Made by a program: the position numbers and the translations under genes. This document shows, piece after piece, positions 13,415-26,210 of a DNA stretch of 64,000 nt (positions are counted from its first letter, which is position 1; the number at the start of each line of letters is the position of its first letter). The stretch covers positions 12,338,001 to 12,402,000 of the forward strand of contig CM075981.1 in the NCBI GenBank assembly GCA_038087875.1, in the 5' to 3' direction. Below the pieces are notes generated by a model that was not told where the DNA came from, made no database searches, and saw only the letters and a program-made list of their open reading frames with translations. Origin of the DNA: Malacoraja senta (taxonomy: Eukaryota).

Positions 13415-13704
13415 CTATAGAAACAAGAGAACCTGTAACTCTTCAGGGAAGGAGAATACACAACTTTGGAAATTTTAATGTGGAAGTATCTCCATTGATA
13501 TTTAACTATCCTTAGCATAGTCTTTAGTCACAGTAGAAAATCTAAATAGTGATCTTAACTCGTGCCCCCAACTGTTATCTCACTATCTGCTACTTTGTCT
13601 CCCGTTATAAAACCATAGTGGCTGTTAAAGTCACTAATATCTAGTAGTATCCTAACAGTATATTGGATATATTAAGAAGAGTTGTTTAAAATATAAAAAC
13701 CTAC

Positions 13705-13917
13705 CAGTTCTCTGGATTCTTCAGTTAACTCAAAAGAATCAGTCAGGATTTCAATGTTTGTAGCACGCTCTAATTTGTCACGTCGATCAGTGGAGATATT
13801 AAACCTGACATGGTCACCTTCTAATAAAGTCACTTTAGATCTGGTGTCCTTATCTCCAAAGGGAAGTTCTTTGGAAATGGCGAAGTTTACTTTGATACGT
13901 CCTGGCAAAGGATCAGT
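13705..13917 (-). CDS. CSDE1: CSDE1 coding exon (TDPLPGRIKVNFAISKELPFGDKD...EESREL), 213 nt
   Basis: ttttag|ACT ... CTG|gtaggt; overlaps track ORF 13672..13908. Confidence 0.96.
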
Positions 13918-14969
13918 CTAAAAAAAAGTGACAACTATTTCAGTAGGTAGTAAAGTAATAGCATGCAAAGATTAATAATTCAAAAAAATATTGCTGAAAC
14001 AGTAAACCCAAATTAAAAATAAATGCATTTTGTAATTTTTTCAGAAACATTTTTGTAGGGAAGAATCTTATCACAGTGGCTGGTATTGTTTATGGATTAA
14101 TAAACTGTAAAAGGATTACATGTAATGGAATAGAATGGTTTTATTGCTCATTTGCTTGAACTGGTTTGGTCAATTTTCAAAGATGTTGACATTTACTGTC
14201 ACATTAGCGGACAAACCATACAGGTCAAACCACTCGTGGTATTTAGCATAGAAATCACTAGTGTCCAGTGAAAATGCTTTATTGTAACCCCTGCCTCTCA
14301 CTGCTATCACTGACATTAGACATTTCTTGATTAGAACGGGTGCTAAGGGTTAAGGGGAGAAGGTAGGAAAATGGGATTAGGAGGCAGAGATCAGCCATGA
14401 TTGAATAACAGCACAGACGAGATGGGCTGAATGGCCTATTTCTACTCCTATAACTTGTGACATTAATTCACAATTAATTCTATTTCTCAGTCATAAATGT
14501 ATGAGGCTTGATACGTGGACGTTTATTATTTTTAAAAACAATGGCAGGTGCCTAGAACACGCTGCAAAAAAACAGATACAAAAGTGTTGTTTAAGAGACA
14601 TTTAGACAGGGAATGCAGGGATGTGGATCACATGCAGGCAGACGGGATTAAATTTGGCTTCATATTTCGCACAGATATTGTGGATTGAAGGACCTGTTTT
14701 TGTGCTGTACTGCTCCGTGTTCTATGACTTGCATTTGGGCATTATGCACTTGTACTTAAAATGATTTCTTATATGTTCCTGTCGTTCCCATTTGTATTTT
14801 TGAATTGAAATTCTTCTCACAGCCTTTGAAGCAACAGTTAATGCCATTTTTTTGTTAGAATGTTTAAACATAAAATTGTTTGCCCAATTACTAATATTTT
14901 GAAGAGTTACAAAAAATGGTGATAGAATTATTGGACATAATATTTTCCAGAGAACACTTGTTACCTGTT

Positions 14970-15253
14970 ACAAGGGGTCACAGTTTAAGGATAAAGGGGA
15001 AATCTTTTAGGACTGAGATGAGAAAAACATTTTTTTACACAGAGTGGTGAATCTCTGGAATTCTCTGCCACAGAATGTAGTTGAAGCCAGTTCATTGCCT
15101 ATATTTAAGAGGGAGTTAGATGTGGCCCTTGTGGCTAAGGGGATCAGGGGGTATGGAGAGAAAGCAGGTACAGGATACTGAGTTGGATAATCAGCCATGA
15201 TCATATTGAAGGGCCGAATGGTCTACTCCTGCACCTATTTTCTATGTTTCTAT
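14970..15253 (+). mobile_element. Young CR1 LINE 3' end
   Basis: RGHSLRIKGKSFRTEMRKTFFTQRVVNLWNSLPQ; tail ctatgtttctat. Confidence 0.88.
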
Positions 15254-15324
15254 CTTTCTCTGTTCTCTTCAATCCTGTATTTAAGAACTTGTATCTTCTA
15301 AAAAAAGACATGTACTACATTTAC

Positions 15325-15450
15325 CTGGGTTTTACTGGATACTTTTGGAATAATTTTTGTGACAGTTCCATCAAACTGTTCAATACTAACATCCTCAAAT
15401 ATAACAGTTCCTTGGGGTAACAGTTTCACTTCAGTGGCAACTTCTTTTCC
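15325..15450 (-). CDS. CSDE1: CSDE1 coding exon (GKEVATEVKLLPQGTVIFEDVSIEQFDGTVTKIIPKVSSKTQ), 126 nt
   Basis: tatctag|GGA ... CAG|gtaaat. Confidence 0.96.
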
Positions 15451-17749
15451 CTAGATAAAAACAAAAATCAGACGTGTTTTTACTAAGGTTATTTCAAATA
15501 ATTATTTTGAGAGCATTTCAATTTTTTTTCTGAATATGTTTTAAATCTGGGCATGTACAAAATGAGCAAAATAGTTTCGGAAATGTTCTAACAACAAAGA
15601 GTTAGGATTAGCTTCCCACTTGCAGAAATATACTGTGAATTTTTCTATATTTCTAGATATTTACTAAAGAATTGCACATCTTAGAATCATAAAACATCCT
15701 ACCCCATTAAGATGGCTTAACAGTAAGAAACCTGATGTAAAGAAATCATTCATGATTTTACAATATGGAATCCTCACAGTTCTGAGATTAAGTACAAATT
15801 CAGTCATATCACATCTATCTGCAGTTTCACAGCATGGCAGATTCAAATGTTGTACCATTGTTATAACAACAATACCAAATCACTTCACGTGCTAGCAGTT
15901 AATGGAAGCATCATTTCAGGTAGGAAAGCAGATGTACTGCTCTCACCTTATTTCAGAAGGAAACAAAATGTGTAATTATAAGGGAAGTCGTGAATGTAGC
16001 CAAAATTATAATCCAAGGATTCTGACATTTACCATCTCAATTTGGCAGAATTAGTTAACAAATCTTGAATACACAGATTGGTCACATCACCCGAGCCTTA
16101 AAAATGGAACACTACCCCAATCATTTCCCACAAAAGACAAAATGTAACTCAGTGGGTCAGCGTCTCTGGAATATATGAAAAGGCGATGTTTTGGGTTGGT
16201 ACCCTTCTTAACACAAATTCAAATGATTGAAAAGAGATGTGGGGGGGGGGGCGTGACAAGTGATGTGGATACAGGTGAGGGGGAATTTTATCGGCAGATG
16301 GGTGGATAAAGACCAGAAATGAAAAGTCAAGGCTGTAAGGTGGAATGGGACAGGGGGAGAAATGGGTGTGCATCCAGCTGGTTCACTGGGAAGAGGGACA
16401 AAAAGGGGAACGGATTGTTACCTAAAGTTGGAGAATTCAATGTAAGCTACCCAAGGGGAATGATGTCCAGCAGGCCTAGGTATACCTAAAACGTCACCTA
16501 TCCATATACTCCCTGGAAGCTTCTTGATCCACACAGCCACTCCATACTTTGTATCTTTTTGTTAAGCATAGGCTTAGATTGTAATTGAAAACTTCAGCTA
16601 TATAGTTCAACGTGTATAAATGTAGATTTGAGAAAATTAGCCACAAATTGCACACATGCATTTCCAGAATTTTTTTAAGTCTGGAATTCACATTCAAATA
16701 AAATGAACATCCACAGTATGCCTAAAGGATGACACTTTTCATCCTCACACTAGATGTCACTATTCCCAAAATAAGATTCCTAATCCTCATGGATTATATA
16801 ACCATAGGCCAATCCTTTGAGGGAGAAAAAAAAGCCACCCATGGAAATTTAACATGTTCTTTGCAAATGTTTCGTAAAGATAGGTCTTATCAGTTCAGCT
16901 GGCTTCTGCCTGTGTATATGGATCGACATACACCTTTGTACATTTCATCTTAGCCCATACATGTCAGTGTTCCTTCAGAAGAAATGTTCTCATTCAGATG
17001 TTGAAGCTATGGATTTCCCTGTCAGATAACACTGGAGTTTAAGTAACTGAATATATTTAAGGGATGGAGCTTTCTAGACAACAAAGGAGTCTTTCAAGAA
17101 AGCAGGAATATGAAATAAAGGGTAGTTATTGTACTGTATGGCAGAACAGGCTTGAGTGCAGGACAAAGAAAACACAAAATAGTATTGTTTCTTATAAAGG
17201 ATAACGTGTGTATTAAATCCTGGTAGCTAGGCACGCACTTAGTTAATTTAACTTTTCTTGCACTTTACTAATTTGTTTCCAGAACCAGTACCTTAAAACC
17301 AGGGCCACTGACTGTGCCGATCCTCACTGCATCCCCAGCCACTGGCAGGCCCGGGTCATCGACGCAGCCTGATTCGACAGCAGCACGGGCCAGTTCCAGG
17401 CCGGCAACAGCTCCAACTGCTTCCTCTTGATTGACCCTCCTGGCACCTATCGTTCCGCTAGTTGCCTTCAAACCGGTGACAGCACTGACACTGCTGCATC
17501 TTGCTGCCCTCTCACATCCCCATGCTAACCATGAGACTTCTCCTCGCCACTCCATCCTCCGATCTGAGCCCCCATCCTCTCTCCACCTCAGAGTCTGGGT
17601 CTATCTCCAGCCCCAACCACTGTCAGTATTTCACCATCGCCCCCCCCCCCCCCCACGTGTAACGCTGTCCTCAGCAGTTGCTTTAGCTTTGAACCTGTAC
17701 GCCCACACTTCAAATATGCCCACATTAGTTATCCTTCAACAATGCTTAC

Positions 17750-17878
17750 ATTTCTTTCTTTGATGGTAAATTCCACATCATCGCCAGGTTGCAATGTGTC
17801 CAAATTTCCTTTGAATTCGCTATAATGGAAGAAGATCTCTTTCACAAGGTCACCTCTTTCAATGAATCCAAATGCTTC
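17750..17878 (-). CDS. CSDE1: CSDE1 coding exon (EAFGFIERGDLVKEIFFHYSEFKGNLDTLQPGDDVEFTIKERN), 129 nt
   Basis: cacag|GAA ... AAT|gtaagc; contains the RNP1/RNP2-like FGFI and FFH motifs. Confidence 0.97.
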
Positions 17879-19287
17879 CTGTGAATTTCAGTAAAGAATT
17901 AGTGTTGATACAATGTCCTTAAATTACATCCAAGCATACAAGATCCTCATGAATTAAACTTACACATTTTTTCTGATAAAAGTTCAGTTAAGTGTATGCT
18001 GGCTTAAAATATGCAACTATCTTCCTTCCCCAACAAATGTACACTTGCACTGGTATAATCATTTCCCTGCTGTCTTGAAACTTGAAAGACATTTGGACAG
18101 GTACATGATAGGAAAGGTTTAGTGGGAATACGAGCAAAACTTGACTAACTTAGTCATACAAAATGGCACCGGGCCCTTTGGCCTAACTTGATCAGCATGG
18201 ACGAGCTGGGCCGAAGGGCCCATTTCCATGCTGTATGTTCTAAATATTGGATGCAATGCAGAAAAGTACTCAAACCACATTAAGATACACATTTGCTTGG
18301 CCCTTTTGAAACACACCACTATATTTCCTCTTTTGAAGTCATGAGCAAAAAGATTGGGATGAGTTAAAAGATAGTTTTCTGATATCAAATTTACAAACTT
18401 TCTTTGCCCTAAAATCCAAAGAAACTACTGCCAACCAATGAAATAAAGGGCGATTTTTTTTTAAATTTAAAAAGGCACCTTCAATCAAAATTTGAAAATC
18501 AGTTGCACTTTCAGGAAATCAGAGGGCATGGCAACTGAGCATGACCCATGGATTGTCGCTATGGTAAGCAATTAACCAATTCAATGGTCAGAGGCTCGAA
18601 GGGCAAAAAAAAAGCCATTCCTGCTTCCTTTTCCCACAACCCAACAATTCATCTTAATTTAAACCAGCATCTGCAGTTCCTTCTTACACAATTCATCATG
18701 TGCATCTTTTGAAAATCTAAATCAGATGAATCAAGCAAATGATAATTAAAAATGCATATTGTTATTTAACAGCGTCACATACCAGTAGGTTACAGTGGGA
18801 ATGTGACATTTTATCTAGCCAAACCAAAAAGTGTGATTAAAAGGAAACATAAACAGACACAAATCTTAGGATATTAAAGAAACAGAATTGTTAATATACA
18901 TGCTAAATATTTTCTGTATTTGTTCCCCCCCACCTCACAACCTCAGGGACCCAGAGCATTGAGGCTGGGCAAAAACAAAAAAATGGGACTCAAGGTACAC
19001 AATCAAACATTATTATAACCAAAACTTAGAACTGTCATATTCAGGACATACAAAAGGTGCACTATATAAAACAGTAAGAATATTAAACCAATCCAATTAT
19101 TTTGGCAGATTTTGTTTAAGGTTCAACTGCCCTTGAATTTTCAAATTTCTTCACTGTTTTGTCCCTGTATGTTTCGGCTTTACAAACAAATCTGCTATCT
19201 TCCTGTGAACAGAAATTTTATCAGCTTTCCATACATCAACATTATCCATCCCTTCCATGATAACAAGTGTCTAAATAGGAAACATAC

Positions 19288-19369
19288 CTTCATGGCACAA
19301 ACTACACCTTGACATCGGCCCTGTTTCTTCTTCACCAGTACAATGTTGTGAGCGTTTACAGCACCAGTA
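19288..19369 (-). CDS. CSDE1: CSDE1 coding exon (TGAVNAHNIVLVKKKQGRCQGVVCAMK), 82 nt
   Basis: ttttcag|T ... AAG|gtatgt. Confidence 0.96.
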
Positions 19370-20039
19370 CTGAAAAATACAAGATTTTGTAATTAGAGAA
19401 CTCATAAGTAATTTGAACAATTAGATTTGGCAAGAAACTGAATGGCCTACTTCTGCTTTGCCTCACACATTCATATAATAATATAATAATTAACCTAAAA
19501 ATTACTTCATGTACAATAAACATATCCACAATTAACCTGCACAAATGCCAATTAAAATACAGTAAAAGCTGAGTTTTCTGGCACTTCAATGGGTAGCAGC
19601 TGAGCCAACAAAGCAACATCTGGACAGACACTGGTTTAGCCAGCTCTTCAAGTCTGCCACATAGCAAATAAGAAACAGTCTACCATGAGAAGTGAAAATT
19701 TCATAAAATCCCATTTGTCAAATTATATTGATGCACTCAATGTATATTAAAATTAACATACGTTTCTCAGAATGCAGTTAAAACATCACAAAAAGTTCAG
19801 ATAAGCATTCCAATAATGAAGTTACCTCACTGATTCTCTGCAGATAAGATAAAGGCATGCAGAGCAACCCAAAGTTCGTCAGCGCTTCCTGACCACTTGG
19901 TGTGAAACAATCTAACCCAGTGACTGCCAATATGCTCGAGGTTGGTTGGGGAGTCAGAGACTAATAATAGTCATAATTTAGTTAAAGGCTTACAAGTAAA
20001 AATATACTCAGCATGTTAGCCGAGCCGAGGAATTATAAA

Positions 20040-21745
20040 TATCTGACTAATGAAATGGTTACATTAAATCCAATTGTCAAATGATGAGCAAGAGGATATC
20101 TAAGAAAAGGGCTAATGTGTGTGCCAGGGTATGTTGTCAGGTCCTAAATGAATATTCCTCTAAGATATTCATCAAGGACAACTTTGGGATGGTGCGCCCT
20201 TCCGGGAGGAATAGGTAGATAGACTGGAGCAAGTTAATATTAATTTTTAAGATGTCTTTGAACACACAAGAATGGTGATGTGATCTAATCCCGAGCCTAA
20301 TGTGATCTAACCCAGACTGTTATGAAAATGCAAGAGGAGATTGCTGGGGTCCTGAATGATTTGTGTATCTTAGTTAGACAAGGAGAGGTAACCAATTGGA
20401 TATAATGTTGCACCTTTATTCAGAAAGTGCAGCAGGGAGAAGCCAATAATGACAGGCCAGTGGTAGGGAATTATTGGCAAAATTACTGAGGAAAATGGTT
20501 TATGCATTTAGAAAGGTAGAAACTAGGAACCTGGAAACTAAGAACTGTCAGCATAGCTTTGGGAAGAAGAAATGAGTGGGGGGGGGGGGGGGGGGTTGGG
20601 ATGTTGTAATAAAGGAGATTGAAGAAAGCAGGGCTGTAGATATTATCGACATGAAGTTTTGCAAGGTACAGAAAGTTAAGGAACATGGGATCCATAGCAA
20701 GCTGACCAATTGGATCCAGAATTAGCATGGAGAAGGCAGAGGGTTGTGGTGGTAGGAGAGTTATCTAATTGGAAGTTTGAGAATAGTGGTGTATCAAAGT
20801 GATCTTTGGTGTTTGTGAAATACATTAAAACTTGGACGTGAACTTGAGGTATGGATGACAGGAAAATGGGTGGTAGTTTAAAGCTACGGCAGGATAGATC
20901 AAAGGGAAGGTTGGGCAGAGCAATGGCAAATGAAATTTAATCTCAGCGAATTTTTTAAAAACGGTGATGTTTTGATACAATTTAACAAAAAGGCTGGTTT
21001 GGTCAAACTTTGTATTATATGTAGTTCTGGTTGCCACACCATAGGAAGACGTAGTTGCATTTGCAGAATGCAAAGATTCATATGGATGTTGTCTAGATTG
21101 GAGGACTTTAGTTTTGAGAATGGATAATCTGTGGCCATATTACCTGCAGTAAAGGAGGTCGAGAGGCAAACTGACAGAAGCATGAGTAGGTAGGGTAGGC
21201 AGTCAAAATCTATGACTAGATTTTCCTAGAATCTATGACTTAGGCTCACAAAGTTTGCGCCGAACATGATGCCAAGTTAAACTGATCTCACCTGCCTATA
21301 CATGATTCATATCCCTCTAATCCCTGCACTTCCAAATGCCAATCCAAACACCTCTTGAACACCACTATAGTATCTGCCTCGACCACCACCCAAGGCAATG
21401 TATTCCAGGCTCCCACCACTCTAAAAAAAACATGCCCTACACATCTCCAATAAAATTTCCCTCACCTTATGGCCATGCCCTCTAGAGTTGGTCATTTCCA
21501 CCCTGGGAAAAAGGTTCTGACCGACTACCCAATCTACGCCTCATAAGTTTTATATACTTCTATTGCCATCCCTCAACCTCTGCTGTTCCAGAGAAAATAA
21601 TCCAAATCTATACAACCTCATCCTGTAGCTGAAACCCTCCAATCCAAGCAGTATTTTGGTAAACCTTCTCTGCACCCGCTCCAAAGATTCCACATTTTGT
21701 TTGTGTAATGGGGCAACCAGAGCTACACACAAGACTCCAAATTCT
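20040..21745. mobile_element. Two convergent degraded CR1 LINE fragments (plus ~20040-21200, minus ~21240-21745)
   Basis: LERVQRRFTKILLGLEGFSY..RL..GLFSLEQQRLR on the minus strand; CR1 RT remnants on the plus strand. Confidence 0.75.
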
Positions 21746-22679
21746 TAAAAATCACAGGTTTGAGTTGCAATATGACATTACAAATAATGTTGGTTTTTTT
21801 AAATGGTTGGGTTATTTGTTTCCCTGAGAAAATGAAAGGAATTAGAATTGTTGACTTGGAAATAGGATAGTTCACCTGAAGCTAAACAGTTTCAATTTCA
21901 TCAGCTGTGGAATTTAAGCAAATCTAGAATACAAAGCTAGTATCAATATTGATGACCATGTTGATGTGGTTGACTCTTAACTGCCCTCAACTAGCCCAAC
22001 AGGTCACCAGCTCAGACAAAACGTGTGGATGCAAATCTTACCAGTAATGCCATAGTCCTGTGAATGAACAATGAAAACTAACCAGATATTAGACAACTGC
22101 GTGCATCACATGGCCAATCTTGGTATTCACCCAACCACAGATATCCCCTTTATTCGTTTTACCTATTCTCCCTCACTGCTACACACACTCACAGCTCAAA
22201 ATAATTCTCACGTATAAATTTGACGATAACTCGACCTGAATTGCTAAATTCGGTTCTCTCGAAAATATGTTGCTTTACCTCCTGCGTACCTCCAGGATGT
22301 TGTGTTAATGCTTGCTAAGTAGAAACAATGTGTTTAAAATTAAAGCCAGTTTGAAAGAACAAATGTTGTGGTGTGTTACAGAAAACGGGTATTTTATGTA
22401 CACAACAGAACATGGGAAGTTTATACAAAATCATTTTGAACATTCAATCCGTTATATGGCGGACCTTTCAAATTATGACAGTGAATTTTGTTGAGATGCT
22501 ATTGGAAAGCGACAGTTTAACAGCAAAATATCATTTAATAGGAAGCAAGCATGTTTATGAAAACTACACACGCCATCTGATTAGGACATTCGTTTCAGAA
22601 TATAGGGCTGCAGTTTGAATTTATCAAGCAAGGAGTCTCATTATATACAGATTCAAGAAATGAAGGAGACCATACGTAC

Positions 22680-22777
22680 TGTTTATTGGTTTCCATGGAG
22701 AAAGAAACTTTATCTCCTGTTTCAAGTTGGACATTTCCATCAACATCTTCAGGTGTATATGTCAGATAAAACACTTC
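22680..22777 (-). CDS. CSDE1: CSDE1 coding exon (EVFYLTYTPEDVDGNVQLETGDKVSFSMETNK), 98 nt
   Basis: tttag|GAA ... CA|gtacgt. Confidence 0.96.
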
Positions 22778-25764
22778 CTAAACCAAAAAGTAATTAATTA
22801 GATCTGGTGGTTTAAATACAATCACAGGCCAAACCAATAAAAAATCAGCATATTAAAATGGTTGTGGTACAATAGAAAAATGTCAGAAATATATGACATT
22901 GCATATTTGTGAGACTGAATATTTTCTTTAACAAGCAAGTGGAAAGTACACAGCTGATGCCAATCCATGTTTCCTTTCACAGCACCAACTGGCTCAGATA
23001 TGTGATGCTCCACATTGATGTTTTCATTTGCTCTAATCACCACTTAATTTTTTGCCAATTAGATTTAAATTTGCAATGACCAATAATTACTAAACTCCAG
23101 TCAATCTTAACTAAATGCAGATAATCAATCAAATGTTATTCTACCTTCATCCAGATCTCTCACATGCTACTCTTGTTCAGCTGTCTCTGATCAGAAGGAA
23201 CGCTGACCAATTGCCCCAAACCCAGAGCCACCAAGGTCAATGGTGTGCTGAAAACTAATGCAGCTTGGGAGAGAAAATCAAATTTAGCAGTTCTCTCATC
23301 TTGATAACTTGGCTATTCAACTGATGAAACACAGTTGGGAATGTTGCTTTATTTTCTAAAGAGACCGTTACATGGGGCACCATCACAATTACCGTACCAT
23401 TAATTCTCTCAACCCCCCCAGCCAGCCCCCCCCCCCCCCGAACTGCTTTTTAACAATGCTTGTCTAACTTTTCGGTTTGTAGATGAAGCTAGCAAGATGC
23501 TTGATTGACCTCTTTTTTAGATTCTTTCATCTTATGATATCCCCACCAAAGTCAAACAGTGGAGACCTAAGAAATTAGTCTGTGGAGATTGAGGGGCAAG
23601 AAAAGTGAACATTTTCAAATAATTTGCTTTCATGCAAATTAAAAAGTGGAAATGAGATGAGAGATCACTTAAAATATAAAAATCCAACTTGAGTACCTGA
23701 AGTCATTTGTAATTAGCAGAAAAGCATAAAATAAAGTTCCCATTTTCCCCTCAAGTTACAGCACTGAAGAGAGCCAACAAAGATACCAGGTCCACTAATC
23801 CTCTGGTGAAATGTTACACATTATTTAACACTCAAACAAATAAGCACATTTGATGAGGGTACACAGGCTTGACAGGACCATAAGGCACATCCCCCCAACA
23901 CTCTAGAGGAAAACCGATTGCTGTGTGAAAAAAAACATCACCCACATGCTCAACATATCACACACATATTGTAAAATTCCTCATAGGTCAGTCTCCCATA
24001 TACACTTGGGTTTAGTTTAGTTCTGAGTGTGCCAATTATGAGTTTGCTTTTTGTATGCAATTGCTCCCCTTCTAAATAACATGTTTCAAATGATTAACCC
24101 AATCTTGAGGGCAAATAACACAGTTAGCCAAGGAAAATGAGCAGACGTTCTACAGAATTTAACTCCAGTAATAATTCCCTGCAAGATAAGTTTTGCACTA
24201 CATACATCTAAAGCTATTTATGCAAGAGACTACAACATAAACAAAATGGCAGGTAACAGTGTTTTAGGGTCTCAAGAAGCTGCACTTCTGATCTTTAGAA
24301 AGCTTTAGAAAGACAGTCATTTCCAGAGTCATTCGTGGATGACAGTTTTAACAGGATTGAATTTACAGGTGGTTTTGGTACTAGGTTACCTATCCACCCG
24401 ATTAAAGAAATAGCACATGCATCTGATATAGGATATCAATGTCAAGTGGCAACATGCCTCTTTTCCCTCTATGTTCCAACCAAACTAAGTACCGTTTCTT
24501 TGAAGGGCGTTAGGAGCCGCTACTGAAACAATCTGATGTACTCACCAACAGGGAAATTCAAGAATACAGCATTCCCTACAAGGTAGTCAAAATCCAAGGC
24601 TAAAGGAAAAAAAATGTGCATTTTGTTTTTAATTTTCCTCTGCCTTCCTACCCTTGTTAGGAAGTGAATGAAAATAGTTTAAACAGAGCAAGACTACTTT
24701 AACAGAACTCAGCATACCTGGAATTAAAGGCTCATGGTCTTCTTGCATGATGATCTGTAACACAATACTGAATCCTGCATACATGAAACACTGCAGCCTT
24801 GACGGACAGCTTTATGTAACAGTTCAAGATTGCAAGCCAGGTACCAACAAGCATGGACAACTTTTTTTTCTCCCCACACTCTATGACAGGACTACTCCAA
24901 TGTAAAGTAGAACCTTTCCAATTCCAAAATTTTCACCCACTACTTTAAGTTGGGAGATAACCTCGGTTGTTCCTTCATCACGATCACAGTGGTCTGAACA
25001 ATGATTTCACATGGAGCTAAACAATACGATTTGCATCCTATTGGGACCGAATGGTTTGACAACATCAAAGAAACTGAAAGGGAGAACTTAATTATCTTTG
25101 GCAAACCCCTAAACAGATAATTAGAGGATAGAAAAACAGCAAAAAAATTTAAGCAATGGATTCGTGGGTAATACTGGGTTTGATTTTTAAGTGAATTCAC
25201 ATCCAATTTTGCCTGTAATTAGACAACACTCCATTACAACCAGCTTGACAATATTTCTATATACCAATAGCTTCCAAATCAAATTATTATAGCAGGCACT
25301 GAGTAAAAACCAGGAACTCCTTCATAGGACCCAAAAAAAGATTCAGTTACCCATCTTCTTTCACATATTCTTCCCATTAGCATTAAATAGAAATAATTCA
25401 AGCAAAATATATTACAGAAGGTCCTGGTCTACATGTGGGATTGAAATTTAAAAAAAAGTAATGAAACAATTTGCAGATCCCAAATTAAAAAAAACTCTGG
25501 AAATACTCAGGTCAGGCAGATCTGTGGCAGGGGAGAGGGAAGAGAGGCAAAAAGAGTTAACATTTTAATTTCTTTGCCAGAACTGGGGAAGAAATAAAAA
25601 TGGTAGTTTAAAATTGCATTGTGGCAGTAAGAATGGACAGGATGAAAAAAGGGAGCAACTGTGAAAGGGCAAGACCAAGTCAAATGGGATAACAGGGATA
25701 GCTAGACGAAGATTGTGCTTTACCTGTGTTGCATTGGTAATAGCCAGGCCCATCACTCTTACAT

Positions 25765-26210
25765 GTGTAGGAAGGAACTGCAGATGCTGGTTTAAACTGA
25801 AGATAGACACAAAATGCTGGAGTAACTCAGCAGGACAGGCAGCATCTCTGGAGAGAAGGAATGGGTGACGTTTCGGGTCGAGACCCTTCTTCAGACTGAG
25901 TCGGGGGAAAAGGAGACAAGAGATATAGATGGGGATGTAGAGAGATATAGTACAAATGAATGAAAGATACGCAAAAAAAATAAATGATAAAGGAAACAGG
26001 CCATTGTTAGCAGTTTGCTAGGTGAGAACGAGAAGCCGGTGCGACTTGGTGGGGGAGGGACCTCCTTCCTCAACTCTGTCCAGGGACCCCAGCAGTCCTT
26101 TCAGGTTAGGCAGAGATTCACTTGTACCTCCTTCAACCTCATCTGCTGTATCAGTTGTTCAAGATGTGGACTCATACATCGGCGAAGCTAAACATAGACC
26201 AGGCAATAGA
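25765..26210. mobile_element. Penelope-like element: inverted terminal repeat (minus, ~25765-26060) joined to a GIY-YIG fragment (plus)
   Basis: Well-preserved repeat aactgcagatgctgg...gtgacgtttcgggtcgagacccttcttcag, then FQVRQRFTCTSFNLICC...YIGEAK. Confidence 0.82.
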
